Shown one piece after another: positions 1-9,144 of a stretch of DNA of 64,000 nt. The stretch spans positions 619-64,618 of the forward strand of contig QZKA01000024.1 of the NCBI GenBank assembly GCA_003598135.1, in the 5' to 3' direction. Both the position numbers and the translations under genes were made by a program. A model generated the notes under the pieces. That model was given only the letters and a program-made list of their open reading frames with translations, did no database searches and was not told the origin of the DNA. The stretch comes from Candidatus Omnitrophota bacterium (GTDB lineage: Bacteria; Omnitrophota; Gorgyraeia; Gygaellales; Profunditerraquicolaceae). The stretch's first letter is position 1; each line of letters starts with the position of its first letter.

Positions 1-2108
1 CGTACCCCGCGGTGTCCCATCATCGGGTTTGCTTCATGCAGGTTATCCGCCCGTTTTGACAGCTCGTCCATCGAGATGTTCAGGTCTTTGGCTAATTGCT
101 CGAGTTTTGCCTTTTCGCGGGGGACGAATTCATGCAAGGGCGGGTCAAGAAGCCTGATGACTACCGGATATCCGTCCATCGCCTCAAGCGTGCCCTTGAT
201 ATCTTTCTTTACGAAAGGATAGAGTTCTGCAATAGCTGCCTGCCTTTCCTGAAGCGTGCTTGAGATAATCATTTTACGCAGGATAAAAAGCGGCTCATCA
301 GAACCCTTGCCGTAGAACATATGTTCTGTCCTGAACAGGCCGATTCCTTTTGCGCCGAATTGCCTGGCTTTCTTTGCGTCTTCGGGAGTATCGCCATTTG
401 TGCGCACGCCCAATTTCTTGATGGATTCGCACATCTTTAAGAATTCTGTAAGGAGCTCGTTTTCTTCCCCGGCATCCATCATCGGCAGCTTTCCTTCGTA
501 GACACAGCCCTTGGTGCCGTTTAAGGTAATCCAGTCGCCCTCGCTCAGCACTTTATCGCCGGCACGGAATTTTTTCTGCTCGGCCTCGACTTCAAGGGCA
601 CTGCAACCCACAATACAACACTTGCCCCAGCCACGGGCAACTAAGGCTGCATGGGAAGTCATGCCGCCCCGCGCAGTCAGGATCGCCTCTGCGGCACGCA
701 TCCCCTCTACGTCTTCGGGGTTTGTTTCTTCGCGGACAAGTATTACGCGCTTTCCCTGCTTTCTCCATTCAACGGCGTCGTTTGCATAAAAGACTATCTG
801 GCCGGCTGCCCCACCTGGCCCTGCAGGTAATCCTTTTACCAGGGGCTTATGTGTCAGCTCAACTTTCGGGTCGATGATAGGATGCAGCAATTCATCGAGC
901 TGGCTTGGGGTTACGCGCGTTACCGCTATTTCTTTATTGATAAGTTTTTCTTTGACCATATCCACGGCCATACGCACTGCAGCCGGGCCGTTACGTTTGC
1001 CCACGCGGCACTGCAGCATAAAGAGCTTGCCTTTTTCGATGGTAAATTCAATATCCTGCATGTCGCGGTAATGTGTTTCAAGCCGGTTGCGGATATCACA
1101 CAGTGCGTTGTAGATCGAGGGCATTGATTTTTCCAGGGTAACCAGCTCTTTGTTGTGGTCGGATTTTGAATATTCGTTGATTGGTGCAGGAGTGCGGGTG
1201 CCGGCAACCACGTCTTCGCCTTGCGCGTTCACCAGGTATTCGCCGTAGAATTTATTCTCACCGTTGCCGGGGTTGCGGGTAAACGCAACGCCGGTCGCGG
1301 AATCGTTTCCCATGTTCCCGAATACCATGGTCTGGACATTAACGGCTGTTCCCCATTCACCGGGAATATTTTCAATGCGGCGGTAGCTTATCGCACGCTT
1401 GCCGTTCCATGACGCGAATACCGCGCCGATGCCCCCCCATAATTGTTCGTTATGGGTATCGGGGAATTCCTTTCCCAATACTTGCTTGATTTTCTCTTTA
1501 AACAGAGAACAGAGCTTTTTTAAATCATCCGAAGTCAAGTCAGTGTCTGCCTTGTAGCCCTTCTCTTCTTTCATGCGGTGCATTATTTTTTCCAGCTGTT
1601 TGCGGATGCCTTGATCATCCTTGGGCTCTATGCCGGCAGCCTTTTCCATTACTACGTCTGAGAACATCATAATCAGGCGCCGATACGCATCATAGACAAA
1701 ACGGCTGTTACCGCCGCTTTTCTTTATGAGGCCGGGAATGGTCTTTTCGGTAAGGCCCACGTTTAATATCGTTTCCATCATGCCGGGCATCGACCTGCGG
1801 GCACCGGAGCGCACGGAAACCAAAAGCGGATTATCCGGGTCGCCGAATTTCTTCCCCATAAGCTTCTCTATTTTCTCCAAAGCCTTTACAACTTCCGCTT
1901 TAAGCGTTTTGGGGTAGTTTTTTTTGCTTTTATAATAATAGGTGCACACTTCGGTGGTGATGGTAAACCCGGGGGGGACAGGAAGCCGTAAATCTTTATG
2001 CCCTGCCATCTCGGCAAGGTTTGCGCCTTTGCCTCCCAGTAAATTTTTCATGCTTTCGTTGCCGTCAGCTTTTCCACCGCCGAAGAAGTAAACGTTTTTG
2101 TTGCCCAT
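1..2108 (-). CDS. ppdK: pyruvate, phosphate dikinase (3' end runs off the window)
   Basis: Manual translation from ATG at 2108 gives MGNKNVYFFGGGKADGNESMKNLLGGKGANLAEMAG; also VRSGA..SMPGMMET, GGMTSHAA (phospho-His), GIGLFRTEHMF and EANPMMGHRG; GGAGG RBS upstream. Confidence 0.97.
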   Translation of the reverse strand, partial: MGNKNVYFFGGGKADGNESMKNLLGGKGANLAEMAGHKDLRLPVPPGFTITTEVCTYYYKSKKNYPKTLKAEVVKALEKIEKLMGKKFGDPDNPLLVSVRSGARRSMPGMMETILNVGLTEKTIPGLIKKSGGNSRFVYDAYRRLIMMFSDVVMEKAAGIEPKDDQGIRKQLEKIMHRMKEEKGYKADTDLTSDDLKKLCSLFKEKIKQVLGKEFPDTHNEQLWGGIGAVFASWNGKRAISYRRIENIPGEWGTAVNVQTMVFGNMGNDSATGVAFTRNPGNGENKFYGEYLVNAQGEDVVAGTRTPAPINEYSKSDHNKELVTLEKSMPSIYNALCDIRNRLETHYRDMQDIEFTIEKGKLFMLQCRVGKRNGPAAVRMAVDMVKEKLINKEIAVTRVTPSQLDELLHPIIDPKVELTHKPLVKGLPAGPGGAAGQIVFYANDAVEWRKQGKRVILVREETNPEDVEGMRAAEAILTARGGMTSHAALVARGWGKCCIVGCSALEVEAEQKKFRAGDKVLSEGDWITLNGTKGCVYEGKLPMMDAGEENELLTEFLKMCESIKKLGVRTNGDTPEDAKKARQFGAKGIGLFRTEHMFYGKGSDEPLFILRKMIISSTLQERQAAIAELYPFVKKDIKGTLEAMDGYPVVIRLLDPPLHEFVPREKAKLEQLAKDLNISMDELSKRADNLHEANPMMGHRGV

Positions 2109-2126
2109 TGCTTTGTTAACCCTCCC

Positions 2127-2247
2127 TTTCGTATTGAGTATAGAGTATTGTGTATTGAGTGCGTTTAGCGTAAAACCGCTATATCTCAGATACTACCTTA
2201 ACCTAAGCCTTAACCTTAACCTAAGCCTTAACCTTAACCTGAACCTT
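2127..2247. repeat. dispersed intergenic repeat: heptamer block (GTATTGA-type) plus hexamer array (CCTTAA/CCTAAG)
   Basis: tttcgtattgagtatagagtattgtgtattgagt at 2127-2160 is identical to 11698-11731; hexamer array at about 2196-2247. Confidence 0.85.
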
Positions 2248-2258
2248 TATTTCTATTG

Positions 2259-3563
2259 TCATCCGGCCAGTTTCTGCAACAAGTATTCCTTCAGCGAATC
2301 GACGCTGATACGCTCCTGCTGCATTGAATCGCGGTCGCGGACAGTAACCTGCCTGTCTTGGAGTGATTGCACATCTACCGTCACGCAGAAGGGCGTACCT
2401 ACTTCGTCCTGCCGGCGATAGAGCTTTCCTATTGCGGCAGTGTCGTCATATACCGCAACCGTATGTTTCTTAAGGTCTTTTGAGATTGCGCGCGCCATTT
2501 CAACAATCTCAGGCCTGTTTTTCAAAAGTGGCAACACCGCCACTTTTACCGGCGCCAGATCCTTGTGAAGCTTAAGCACCACACGCAGATCGTCTTTAAC
2601 CTTCTCTTCGCTGTAGGCGTCGGTTAAAAACGCAAGGACTGTTCTGTCAACTCCGCCGGATGGCTCAATAATGTAGGGTAAGATCTTCTCTTTCTTGACG
2701 TCGTCGAAAAAGCGCAGGTCTTTCCCTGAGTATTGCGAATGCTGCTTTAGGTCAAAATCCGTACGGTTGGCAATTCCTTCAAGCTCCGACCATCCGAAAG
2801 GAAAATTGTATTCAATGTCGGTGCATGCCTTTGCATAGTGCGCCAGCTCGTCAGGGCCGTGTGCGCGCTTGCGTAAGTTTTCTCTTTTGATGCCAAGATC
2901 GCTATACCAATTGAAATGCAGTTCGATCCACTCTTGAAGCTTTTTATCTGCGTTCTCGGGCCTTACGAAATACTCTATTTCCATCTGCTCGAATTCGCGC
3001 GTCCTGAACGTTAAGTTTCCGGGAGTGATCTCATTACGGAATGCCTTGCCGACCTGCGCAAGGCCAAAAGGAAGCTTCGGGTGCCGTGAGTCAAGGATAT
3101 TCAAAAAATTGACAAACATACCCTGCGCGGTTTCAGGCCTTAGGTAAATGAGGTTTGCCTCATCGATGACTGCGCCCTGGTGGGTTTCAAACATTAAGTT
3201 AAACGGCCTGCTTTCGGTAAGCTCTCCCCTGCATTCCGGGCATTTGCTCTTGTCTTTCAGGTCCGCATCCTTAAACCTTTTTTTGCAGGATTTGCAGTCG
3301 CGCTTGAGGTCAAAAAAATTCTTCACGTGGCCGGACGCTTCCCAGACTTTCGGGTTCATCAGTATTGCTGCGTCCATCCCCAACATGTCATCGCGCTCAT
3401 AGACATTGGTTTTCCACCAGGCTCTCTTTACGTTGTTTTTAAGTTCAACGCCGTACGGGCCGTAATCCCAGGTATTGGCAAGCCCGCCGTAGATGTCGCT
3501 TCCCTGGAAGATAAATCCCCGGCGCTTACATAACGAAACGATCTTATCCATCATATCAGCCAT
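2259..3563 (-). CDS. glyQS: glycine--tRNA ligase (alpha2, class II)
   Basis: MADMMDKIVSLCKRRGF, IYGGLANTWDYGPYG, LRPETAQG, FRTREFEQMEIE, ELEGIANRTDFDL; start moved to ATG at 3563. Confidence 0.96.
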   Translation of the reverse strand: MADMMDKIVSLCKRRGFIFQGSDIYGGLANTWDYGPYGVELKNNVKRAWWKTNVYERDDMLGMDAAILMNPKVWEASGHVKNFFDLKRDCKSCKKRFKDADLKDKSKCPECRGELTESRPFNLMFETHQGAVIDEANLIYLRPETAQGMFVNFLNILDSRHPKLPFGLAQVGKAFRNEITPGNLTFRTREFEQMEIEYFVRPENADKKLQEWIELHFNWYSDLGIKRENLRKRAHGPDELAHYAKACTDIEYNFPFGWSELEGIANRTDFDLKQHSQYSGKDLRFFDDVKKEKILPYIIEPSGGVDRTVLAFLTDAYSEEKVKDDLRVVLKLHKDLAPVKVAVLPLLKNRPEIVEMARAISKDLKKHTVAVYDDTAAIGKLYRRQDEVGTPFCVTVDVQSLQDRQVTVRDRDSMQQERISVDSLKEYLLQKLAG

Positions 3564-4965
3564 GTTCTTTTGCCTGCCCGTATTTATTGAATTCCTCCGA
3601 ATAGAACATCGCTGCTTCGGAATCGATGATGTCCATTTCAAGGTATCTTCGTATCGAGTCTGCCATAGATTGCATGCGGTATGCGCCGCTGGTCTGGATA
3701 ATGGTCGGCAGCTGGAAAAGCTCATCCTTACGGATGATCCTTTTTACCGCATCATTGGCAATGATGATTTCGGTCGCAAGGAGCCTGCCGGTGCGGTCTT
3801 TGCGCGGTATGAGCAGATGCGAGATTATCCCCTTAAGGCAGTTTGAAAGCTGCGAGAGGGCCTGTTTCCTCGCTTCAAGCGGGAAAAAGCTGACCAGGCG
3901 GTCAATTGCCTGCATGGTATTGGGCGAATGGAAAGAGGCGATTACTAAATATCCGGCTTCTGCCGCAATGAGCGCGGTCCTTACCGAATCGGCATCCTCA
4001 AGTTCTCCGATGACGATAATATTGGGGTCTTGTTTGAGGCTGCTTTTGATTGCTGCGGAAAAGGAATTTGTGTCAACGCCTACTTCACGCTGCTTGATGA
4101 TGCTTTTGATATTAGGATGCACGTATTCGATAGGCCGTTCAAGCGTGATAATAACCGCCCGTTTTTCGCGGTTAATCAGCTCAACCATCGCGGACATGGT
4201 AGTGGTTTTGCCGCTTCCCGTAGGCCCTACCAATAGCACCAAACCATCCCTCTGCCTGGCTAATTCCTGGACTACTGGGGGTATATTGAGCTCTTCAAAA
4301 GAAGAAACTTTTGTATTGATAAGCCTGAATGTCGCTTCCAGGAAGCCTCGTTGTTGGTGCACGTTGATCCTGAAACGGTTGCGGACATCGTATTGAATCC
4401 CGAAATCAAGCTCTTTTTCTTTTTCAAAGCGCCTTATCTGCTGCTTGGTCATAAGGCTGAATAAAATCTGAGGAATTTCTTCGGAGCTAAGGCTTGGGCC
4501 GTTTACTTCTTCCAATTCTCCGTTCACCCGTAAAACCGGGACGTGGTCTGCGAGTATATGCAGGTCAGAAGCGCCTCTTTTGATTGCAAGTTCCAGTAAT
4601 TTACCGACATTAAACCTTTCAATCAGCTGCTGGATTTCCTGTTTATGCGTGTCGTCGAGCTTGGTGAATACAGAACCTAAACCAAACGTCCTGCCTTCAT
4701 CCAGGGCCTCTATCCTTACAATCTTGATTGATGCCTGAATAGCGGTTTCGCTTTTGGGGAGGCGGAAACTGACAGTTGCTTCCATATTCAGAGGGAATAC
4801 CTCTTCGCTCTCCAGATAAATTCCGCCCGTGTTGATATTCGTGGCAAGGAGATTTCTTTCTTTTTTTACGTTCTCCTGGGAGTCCTGGAATGCAAATTTG
4901 ACGTGTATACGGGAATAGAGCCTGTAGTCTTTTCTTCTTTCCGGTATATCGTGCCGAGTCAGCAT
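3556..4965 (-). CDS. PilZ domain fused to PilT/PilU-family type IV pilus ATPase
   Basis: N-terminal ERRKDYRL (RxxxR) and NINTGG; then ASDLH, RFRINV, Walker A GPTGSGKTT, QREVG, IVIGE. Confidence 0.85.
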   Translation of the reverse strand: MLTRHDIPERRKDYRLYSRIHVKFAFQDSQENVKKERNLLATNINTGGIYLESEEVFPLNMEATVSFRLPKSETAIQASIKIVRIEALDEGRTFGLGSVFTKLDDTHKQEIQQLIERFNVGKLLELAIKRGASDLHILADHVPVLRVNGELEEVNGPSLSSEEIPQILFSLMTKQQIRRFEKEKELDFGIQYDVRNRFRINVHQQRGFLEATFRLINTKVSSFEELNIPPVVQELARQRDGLVLLVGPTGSGKTTTMSAMVELINREKRAVIITLERPIEYVHPNIKSIIKQREVGVDTNSFSAAIKSSLKQDPNIIVIGELEDADSVRTALIAAEAGYLVIASFHSPNTMQAIDRLVSFFPLEARKQALSQLSNCLKGIISHLLIPRKDRTGRLLATEIIIANDAVKRIIRKDELFQLPTIIQTSGAYRMQSMADSIRRYLEMDIIDSEAAMFYSEEFNKYGQAKEHG

Positions 4966-5032
4966 GGTATCTCCTTTTTAACGATAAACACAGAGTCGTA
5001 TTTTAGCATACATTGCAAAAAATCGCTATAGA

Positions 5033-5130
5033 TTTCGTATTGAGTAGAGGCTCGCTGAAAAGACCGGCTACCTCAATCGTAACCTCAACCTCTCATTTTG
5101 CGTTAGCCTTGGCCTAAGCCTTAACCTTGG
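5033..5130 (+). repeat. ~95-bp composite repeat, inverted copy of 9013-9111
   Basis: gtattgagtagaggctcgctgaaaagaccggctacctcaatcgtaacctcaacctctcattttgcgttagccttggcc aligns with the reverse complement of 9013-9111. Confidence 0.85.
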
Positions 5131-5852
5131 CCTTTCTCTTTATTCTTTTGCAGCGTAGAAATAATTGTGAGTACCTTGTCTATATCCAGTTCTTTCTTCT
5201 TGTCCTTCAGGTACACCTTGAAAAATTCCTGCTTGCTATTTACTATGTCACAATTGAAGTAATTGCCTTCTTTCGTATAGTTGTAGGTAATAAACCCTCT
5301 TTTATCCGCTACGCTAAACCGTGCGATTTTTATGTTACTGCCCGGGCCAATGTCGGGAGTGAAGATGCTTTTCAGTATTACAAAGAGGGTGCTGGGCAGG
5401 TCTTTGATGTCAGGGGTTCTTGCGTTAAGGATGCGGCTTAAGAAATCGTAATTGTTTTTAAGGCTGTATTTTTTAAGCTGCGGGAAAAGCGACTGGAAGA
5501 AATCCGGATTTTGATACAACAGGTAGGCAATCGAATCCTTTTCGGTGCGTTTACGTTTTTTATAATAGGCCCTGTAAATCTGTTCTTTTATTACGAAGAA
5601 ATCCTTTGGGAGCGCTATTTCGATTTCTTCTATTTTATACCTCGCAAGGCTTAAGATATAGTTTTTGTCAATTTGGGGATTGGTAAAGTTTTGCGACGGT
5701 AGAATGCATAATACCGGTATTTTATTGCATGTACCGATACCCATTTCGACATAGGTTTTTAAAACGTACGGCTTGCCGAAGGTGGTCACTGTCAGGATAG
5801 CGGCGCTCCAGACTACTATCCACGGTAAAAATCTAGTGAGTTTCTTTTTCAT
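5121..5852 (-). CDS. hypothetical protein with N-terminal membrane anchor
   Basis: 243-aa ORF, hydrophobic N-terminal segment, overlaps panB end; no motif recognised. Confidence 0.7.
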   Translation of the reverse strand: MKKKLTRFLPWIVVWSAAILTVTTFGKPYVLKTYVEMGIGTCNKIPVLCILPSQNFTNPQIDKNYILSLARYKIEEIEIALPKDFFVIKEQIYRAYYKKRKRTEKDSIAYLLYQNPDFFQSLFPQLKKYSLKNNYDFLSRILNARTPDIKDLPSTLFVILKSIFTPDIGPGSNIKIARFSVADKRGFITYNYTKEGNYFNCDIVNSKQEFFKVYLKDKKKELDIDKVLTIISTLQKNKEKGQG

Positions 5853-6690
5853 CGGGTATCGAATTTTTTAATTTTGAAAATTCTTCCTGCGATATCGAAA
5901 AGCTGTGTGCTTTATCGGGGAACGAGCCGCTTAAGACCTCATTTTTATACCGGATGATTGCTTCCCGCACCTGCGCGGCCACGTCGGCATATTGCATGAC
6001 GAATTTTGGTTTGAAGCCCTTAGACAGCCCGAGTATGTCATGTAGCACCAGGACCTGGCCGTCGCAATAAGGCCCTGCACCGATTCCAATAGTAGGGATA
6101 GAGAGTTTGTTCGTGATGAGTGAGGCGATTTTGTCGGGGACACACTCAAGCACGATAGAGAAACAGCCTGCGTCTTCGGATTCCTTTGCCTGTTGCAGAA
6201 GCTCTGTTGCGCGCTCAGCGTCTTTGCCCTGCACCTTAAACCCGCCGAGTTTATCCGCGGTCTGAGGGGTGAGGCCGATATGCCCCATCACCGGGATGCC
6301 TGCGTTGACAATCTCTTTTATCACAGTAAGGCATTGGGTAAACCATTCTACCTTTACCGCATCGCAGCCCCCTTCTTCTACCAGCCTTTTGGCGTTTCCT
6401 AGTGCCTTGTCGGGTTCAATCTGGTATGCCGAGAAAGGCATGTCAGCGATTACCAGCGCATGTGTTACTGCGCGGCTTACTGCTTTGGTATGATAGAGTA
6501 TTTCTTGTATTCCCACATCTTTTGTCGATTCCAGCCCTAACACTACGTTAGCCAGGGAATCACCTACAATAATTATATCGATACCTGACTGGTCGACCAG
6601 ATAGGCGAACGGGTAATCATAAGCGGTAAGGCAGGTACTTTTTTCTTTATTGTTCTTTTTGCTACGGATATCTTTAATTGTCAACTTCAT
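5833..6690 (-). CDS. panB: 3-methyl-2-oxobutanoate hydroxymethyltransferase
   Basis: LTAYD, VGDSL, VIADMPF, VMGHIGLTPQ, GIGAG..CDGQVLV. Confidence 0.97.
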   Translation of the reverse strand: MKLTIKDIRSKKNNKEKSTCLTAYDYPFAYLVDQSGIDIIIVGDSLANVVLGLESTKDVGIQEILYHTKAVSRAVTHALVIADMPFSAYQIEPDKALGNAKRLVEEGGCDAVKVEWFTQCLTVIKEIVNAGIPVMGHIGLTPQTADKLGGFKVQGKDAERATELLQQAKESEDAGCFSIVLECVPDKIASLITNKLSIPTIGIGAGPYCDGQVLVLHDILGLSKGFKPKFVMQYADVAAQVREAIIRYKNEVLSGSFPDKAHSFSISQEEFSKLKNSIPDEKETH

Positions 6691-6712
6691 GATAAAGGAT
6701 GGTTTCGTGAAG

Positions 6713-8116
6713 CTAGAAGCGCAGCGCAGGAATAAACAGTTGGGCTATTTTGAAATAAATTATTAACCCGCACACATCAACCACGCTTGTGGTAATTGGG
6801 CCTGCCAACACAGCAGGGTCGAGGCCTATTTTTTTCGAAAAAAACGGAAGAAATGTCCCTGTGGCAATAGCGAGTATCGCAATAAAAAGCATGCTTAAGC
6901 CAACGACTATGGCAAGCGTAAAGTCTTTTTGCAGCAGGAATGCCCTGCCGAAGGCGACGGTTCCTACTATTAGGCCCATCAGGAGGGCCGCGCTAAACTC
7001 AAGCTTGATAACCTTGAAGACATTCTTAAAATTCACGTCACCCGTGGCTAGTCCCCTTATAATCGTAATTGAAGTTTGGGCTCCGGCATTTCCGCCGGTG
7101 TCCAAAAGCATGGGGATGAAAAATGCCAGGGCTACGACAGAACTCAATGAATGTTCAAATGCTTTTAAGACTGTGCCGGTCAGAAAATCGAAAATCAACA
7201 GCAGTATCAGCCATCCTGCCCGCCTTTTCACCAATTCAGCGGTGGTGGCGCGCGCGTAACTGATAATCTGGCCACCCTTGGCATCCATTTTACCGATTTC
7301 GTATATATCTTTGGTAGCCTCTTTTTCTATGATATCGACTACGTCATCAATGGTGATAATCCCTACCAGGACGTCGTGGGTATCAACTACCGGCGCATCA
7401 AGTAAATCATATTTTTTGAAATAGCGGGCAACTTCAACGATATCGGTATCGGCATTCACTTTGATCAGGTCAGCGCTTTGCATAATTTCTTTTATCGCGA
7501 TATCGGGAGGGGCCTTTAATAAATCCTGCAGCGCAATACAGCCTCTTAGTTTATGGCCTTCGTCAGTTACAAATACCGAATAAATGTCCCTTGCGTATTC
7601 AGCCCTTAGGTTTTCCTGGATAGAAAGGATAGCTTGCCTGGCAGTCATATCTTTTTTCAACTCGACCATGTCTGTGGTCATCAAACTGCCTGCAGTCCCT
7701 TCGGGATACACCAGTAATTCGCGCAAGTCCTGCGCCTCTTCTTTATTGACCAGGTTGAACAATTTCTTCGAAACCTTATCAGGAAGCTCCTTAAAAAGGT
7801 CGGCTCTTTCGTCAGGAGACATTTCGTTAATAATCTGTGAGATCTCGGTATTGTTAAGGTTGTTTAAAATGAAGGATTGTTCCGAAAACGGGAGGGCTTC
7901 AAATACCTCTATGGCTTTTCTGGAGCTCAAGAGCTTAAATACCAGGATCTTGTCATTAGCCTCAAGGTGACGCCACCCTTCAGCCAGGTCAATGGACCGC
8001 ATTGTTTTGAGCACTAACTTAAGGCCGTTAAAGTCCTTCTTGGAAAGCAGCTGCTTTATTTCGGGAAGGAATAACGCAAATATGTCGACATTGCTTTTTT
8101 TCATACCGTTTTTCAT
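6713..8116 (-). CDS. mgtE: magnesium transporter MgtE
   Basis: MSPDERADL, TAGSLMT, CBS pair, GIITIDD, GGNAGAQT, DPAVLAGPITTSVVD. Confidence 0.95.
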   Translation of the reverse strand: MKNGMKKSNVDIFALFLPEIKQLLSKKDFNGLKLVLKTMRSIDLAEGWRHLEANDKILVFKLLSSRKAIEVFEALPFSEQSFILNNLNNTEISQIINEMSPDERADLFKELPDKVSKKLFNLVNKEEAQDLRELLVYPEGTAGSLMTTDMVELKKDMTARQAILSIQENLRAEYARDIYSVFVTDEGHKLRGCIALQDLLKAPPDIAIKEIMQSADLIKVNADTDIVEVARYFKKYDLLDAPVVDTHDVLVGIITIDDVVDIIEKEATKDIYEIGKMDAKGGQIISYARATTAELVKRRAGWLILLLIFDFLTGTVLKAFEHSLSSVVALAFFIPMLLDTGGNAGAQTSITIIRGLATGDVNFKNVFKVIKLEFSAALLMGLIVGTVAFGRAFLLQKDFTLAIVVGLSMLFIAILAIATGTFLPFFSKKIGLDPAVLAGPITTSVVDVCGLIIYFKIAQLFIPALRF

Positions 8117-9144
8117 GGCACAGCTACCATTTGACCTTCGTTATCACTCTCTACAATGCCGGCTTTTGCGGGGGGATATTTTTTTAACAGCTCTATCCCC
8201 TTCTCCCTGCCTAACACAAATAGGGAAGTAGCCAGCGCATCTGCGGTAAGGCAATCCTCTGCAATGACTGTCACTGAAATTACGCCGCCCTTGGCAGGAG
8301 CTCCTGTTTTGGGGTCAAGAATATGAGAAAAGACTTCATCTCTATTCTTAAAATACTGTTCATAATCCCCTGAAGTGGCTATGGCGCTGTTTTCCATGCT
8401 CATGGTGCTTAAGAAATTCTGTGAACGAGGGTTTTGCACTGCCACTTTCCATGGCGTGCCGAACTTGTTACCTAAACAATATATATCCCCGCCTGTATTA
8501 ATCAAGCAATTTTTTACGCCTGCGGCTTTTATTTTTTTGACTGCCGAATCAACGGCATACCCTTTGGCAATCGCACCCAGGTCAACAGCCATCCCGGGAA
8601 TACTAAATTCTATCACATTATTGTTTTTATGAAAAATAATTTTATCCATACCTACGCGCTTTGACGCCTTCTCAATTTCTTTTCTTTTCGGGACCTTATA
8701 CTGTGTATTGGAAAATCCCCAAATATTCATCAACGGGCCTACCGTAACATCGAATGCGCCGCCTGAGGCTTGCCAGAATTCCTTAGACTTCTGCATAATA
8801 TACCATGTCTCCTTGCTTGCGGCCACCTTGCCGGTTTTGTTCAGCCGGGAAATTTCGCTCTTCTCATCGTATTTGCTTAATAGGGATTCGATCCTCTTTA
8901 TCTCCTCAAAGGCAATGGCAGGCGCCCGTTCGTCAGGTGAAACAACTTCAACAAAGGTGCCCATCATGACGCGAGTTTCCTTATATAGCTTCTGGGGTTG
9001 ACAACCGTTAAATAAGGTTAAGGCCGAGGCTAAGGCCAAGGCTAACGCAAAATGAGAGGTTGAGGTTAAGGCTGAGGTAGCCGGTTTTTCTAGCGTGCTT
9101 CTACTCAATACCCTGTACCCTGCACTCAATACTGAATTTTTCAT
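8113..9144 (-). CDS. apbE: FAD:protein FMN transferase ApbE (lipoprotein)
   Basis: MGT, GAFDVTVGPL, DLGAIAKGYAVD, ATSGDYE, HILDPKTG, ADALAT; lipobox LFNGC; ATG at 9144 overlaps polX stop (ATGA). Confidence 0.92.
   Translation of the reverse strand: MKNSVLSAGYRVLSRSTLEKPATSALTSTSHFALALALASALTLFNGCQPQKLYKETRVMMGTFVEVVSPDERAPAIAFEEIKRIESLLSKYDEKSEISRLNKTGKVAASKETWYIMQKSKEFWQASGGAFDVTVGPLMNIWGFSNTQYKVPKRKEIEKASKRVGMDKIIFHKNNNVIEFSIPGMAVDLGAIAKGYAVDSAVKKIKAAGVKNCLINTGGDIYCLGNKFGTPWKVAVQNPRSQNFLSTMSMENSAIATSGDYEQYFKNRDEVFSHILDPKTGAPAKGGVISVTVIAEDCLTADALATSLFVLGREKGIELLKKYPPAKAGIVESDNEGQMVAVP
9013..9133 (-). repeat. composite repeat copy lying inside the apbE 5' coding region
   Basis: Reverse complement matches 5037-5125 and the GTATTGA heptamer family. 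Confidence 0.8.

Noticed and set aside
2098-2421. Plus-strand ORF containing LNLSLNLNLSLNLNLNL
   Set aside because: Translation of the hexamer repeat and antisense of glyQS; no RBS or family motif
8113-8300. M-box riboswitch before mgtE (and TPP riboswitch before thiC/thiE)
   Set aside because: Upstream genes overlap the start codons, leaving no leader, and no conserved aptamer motif was recognised
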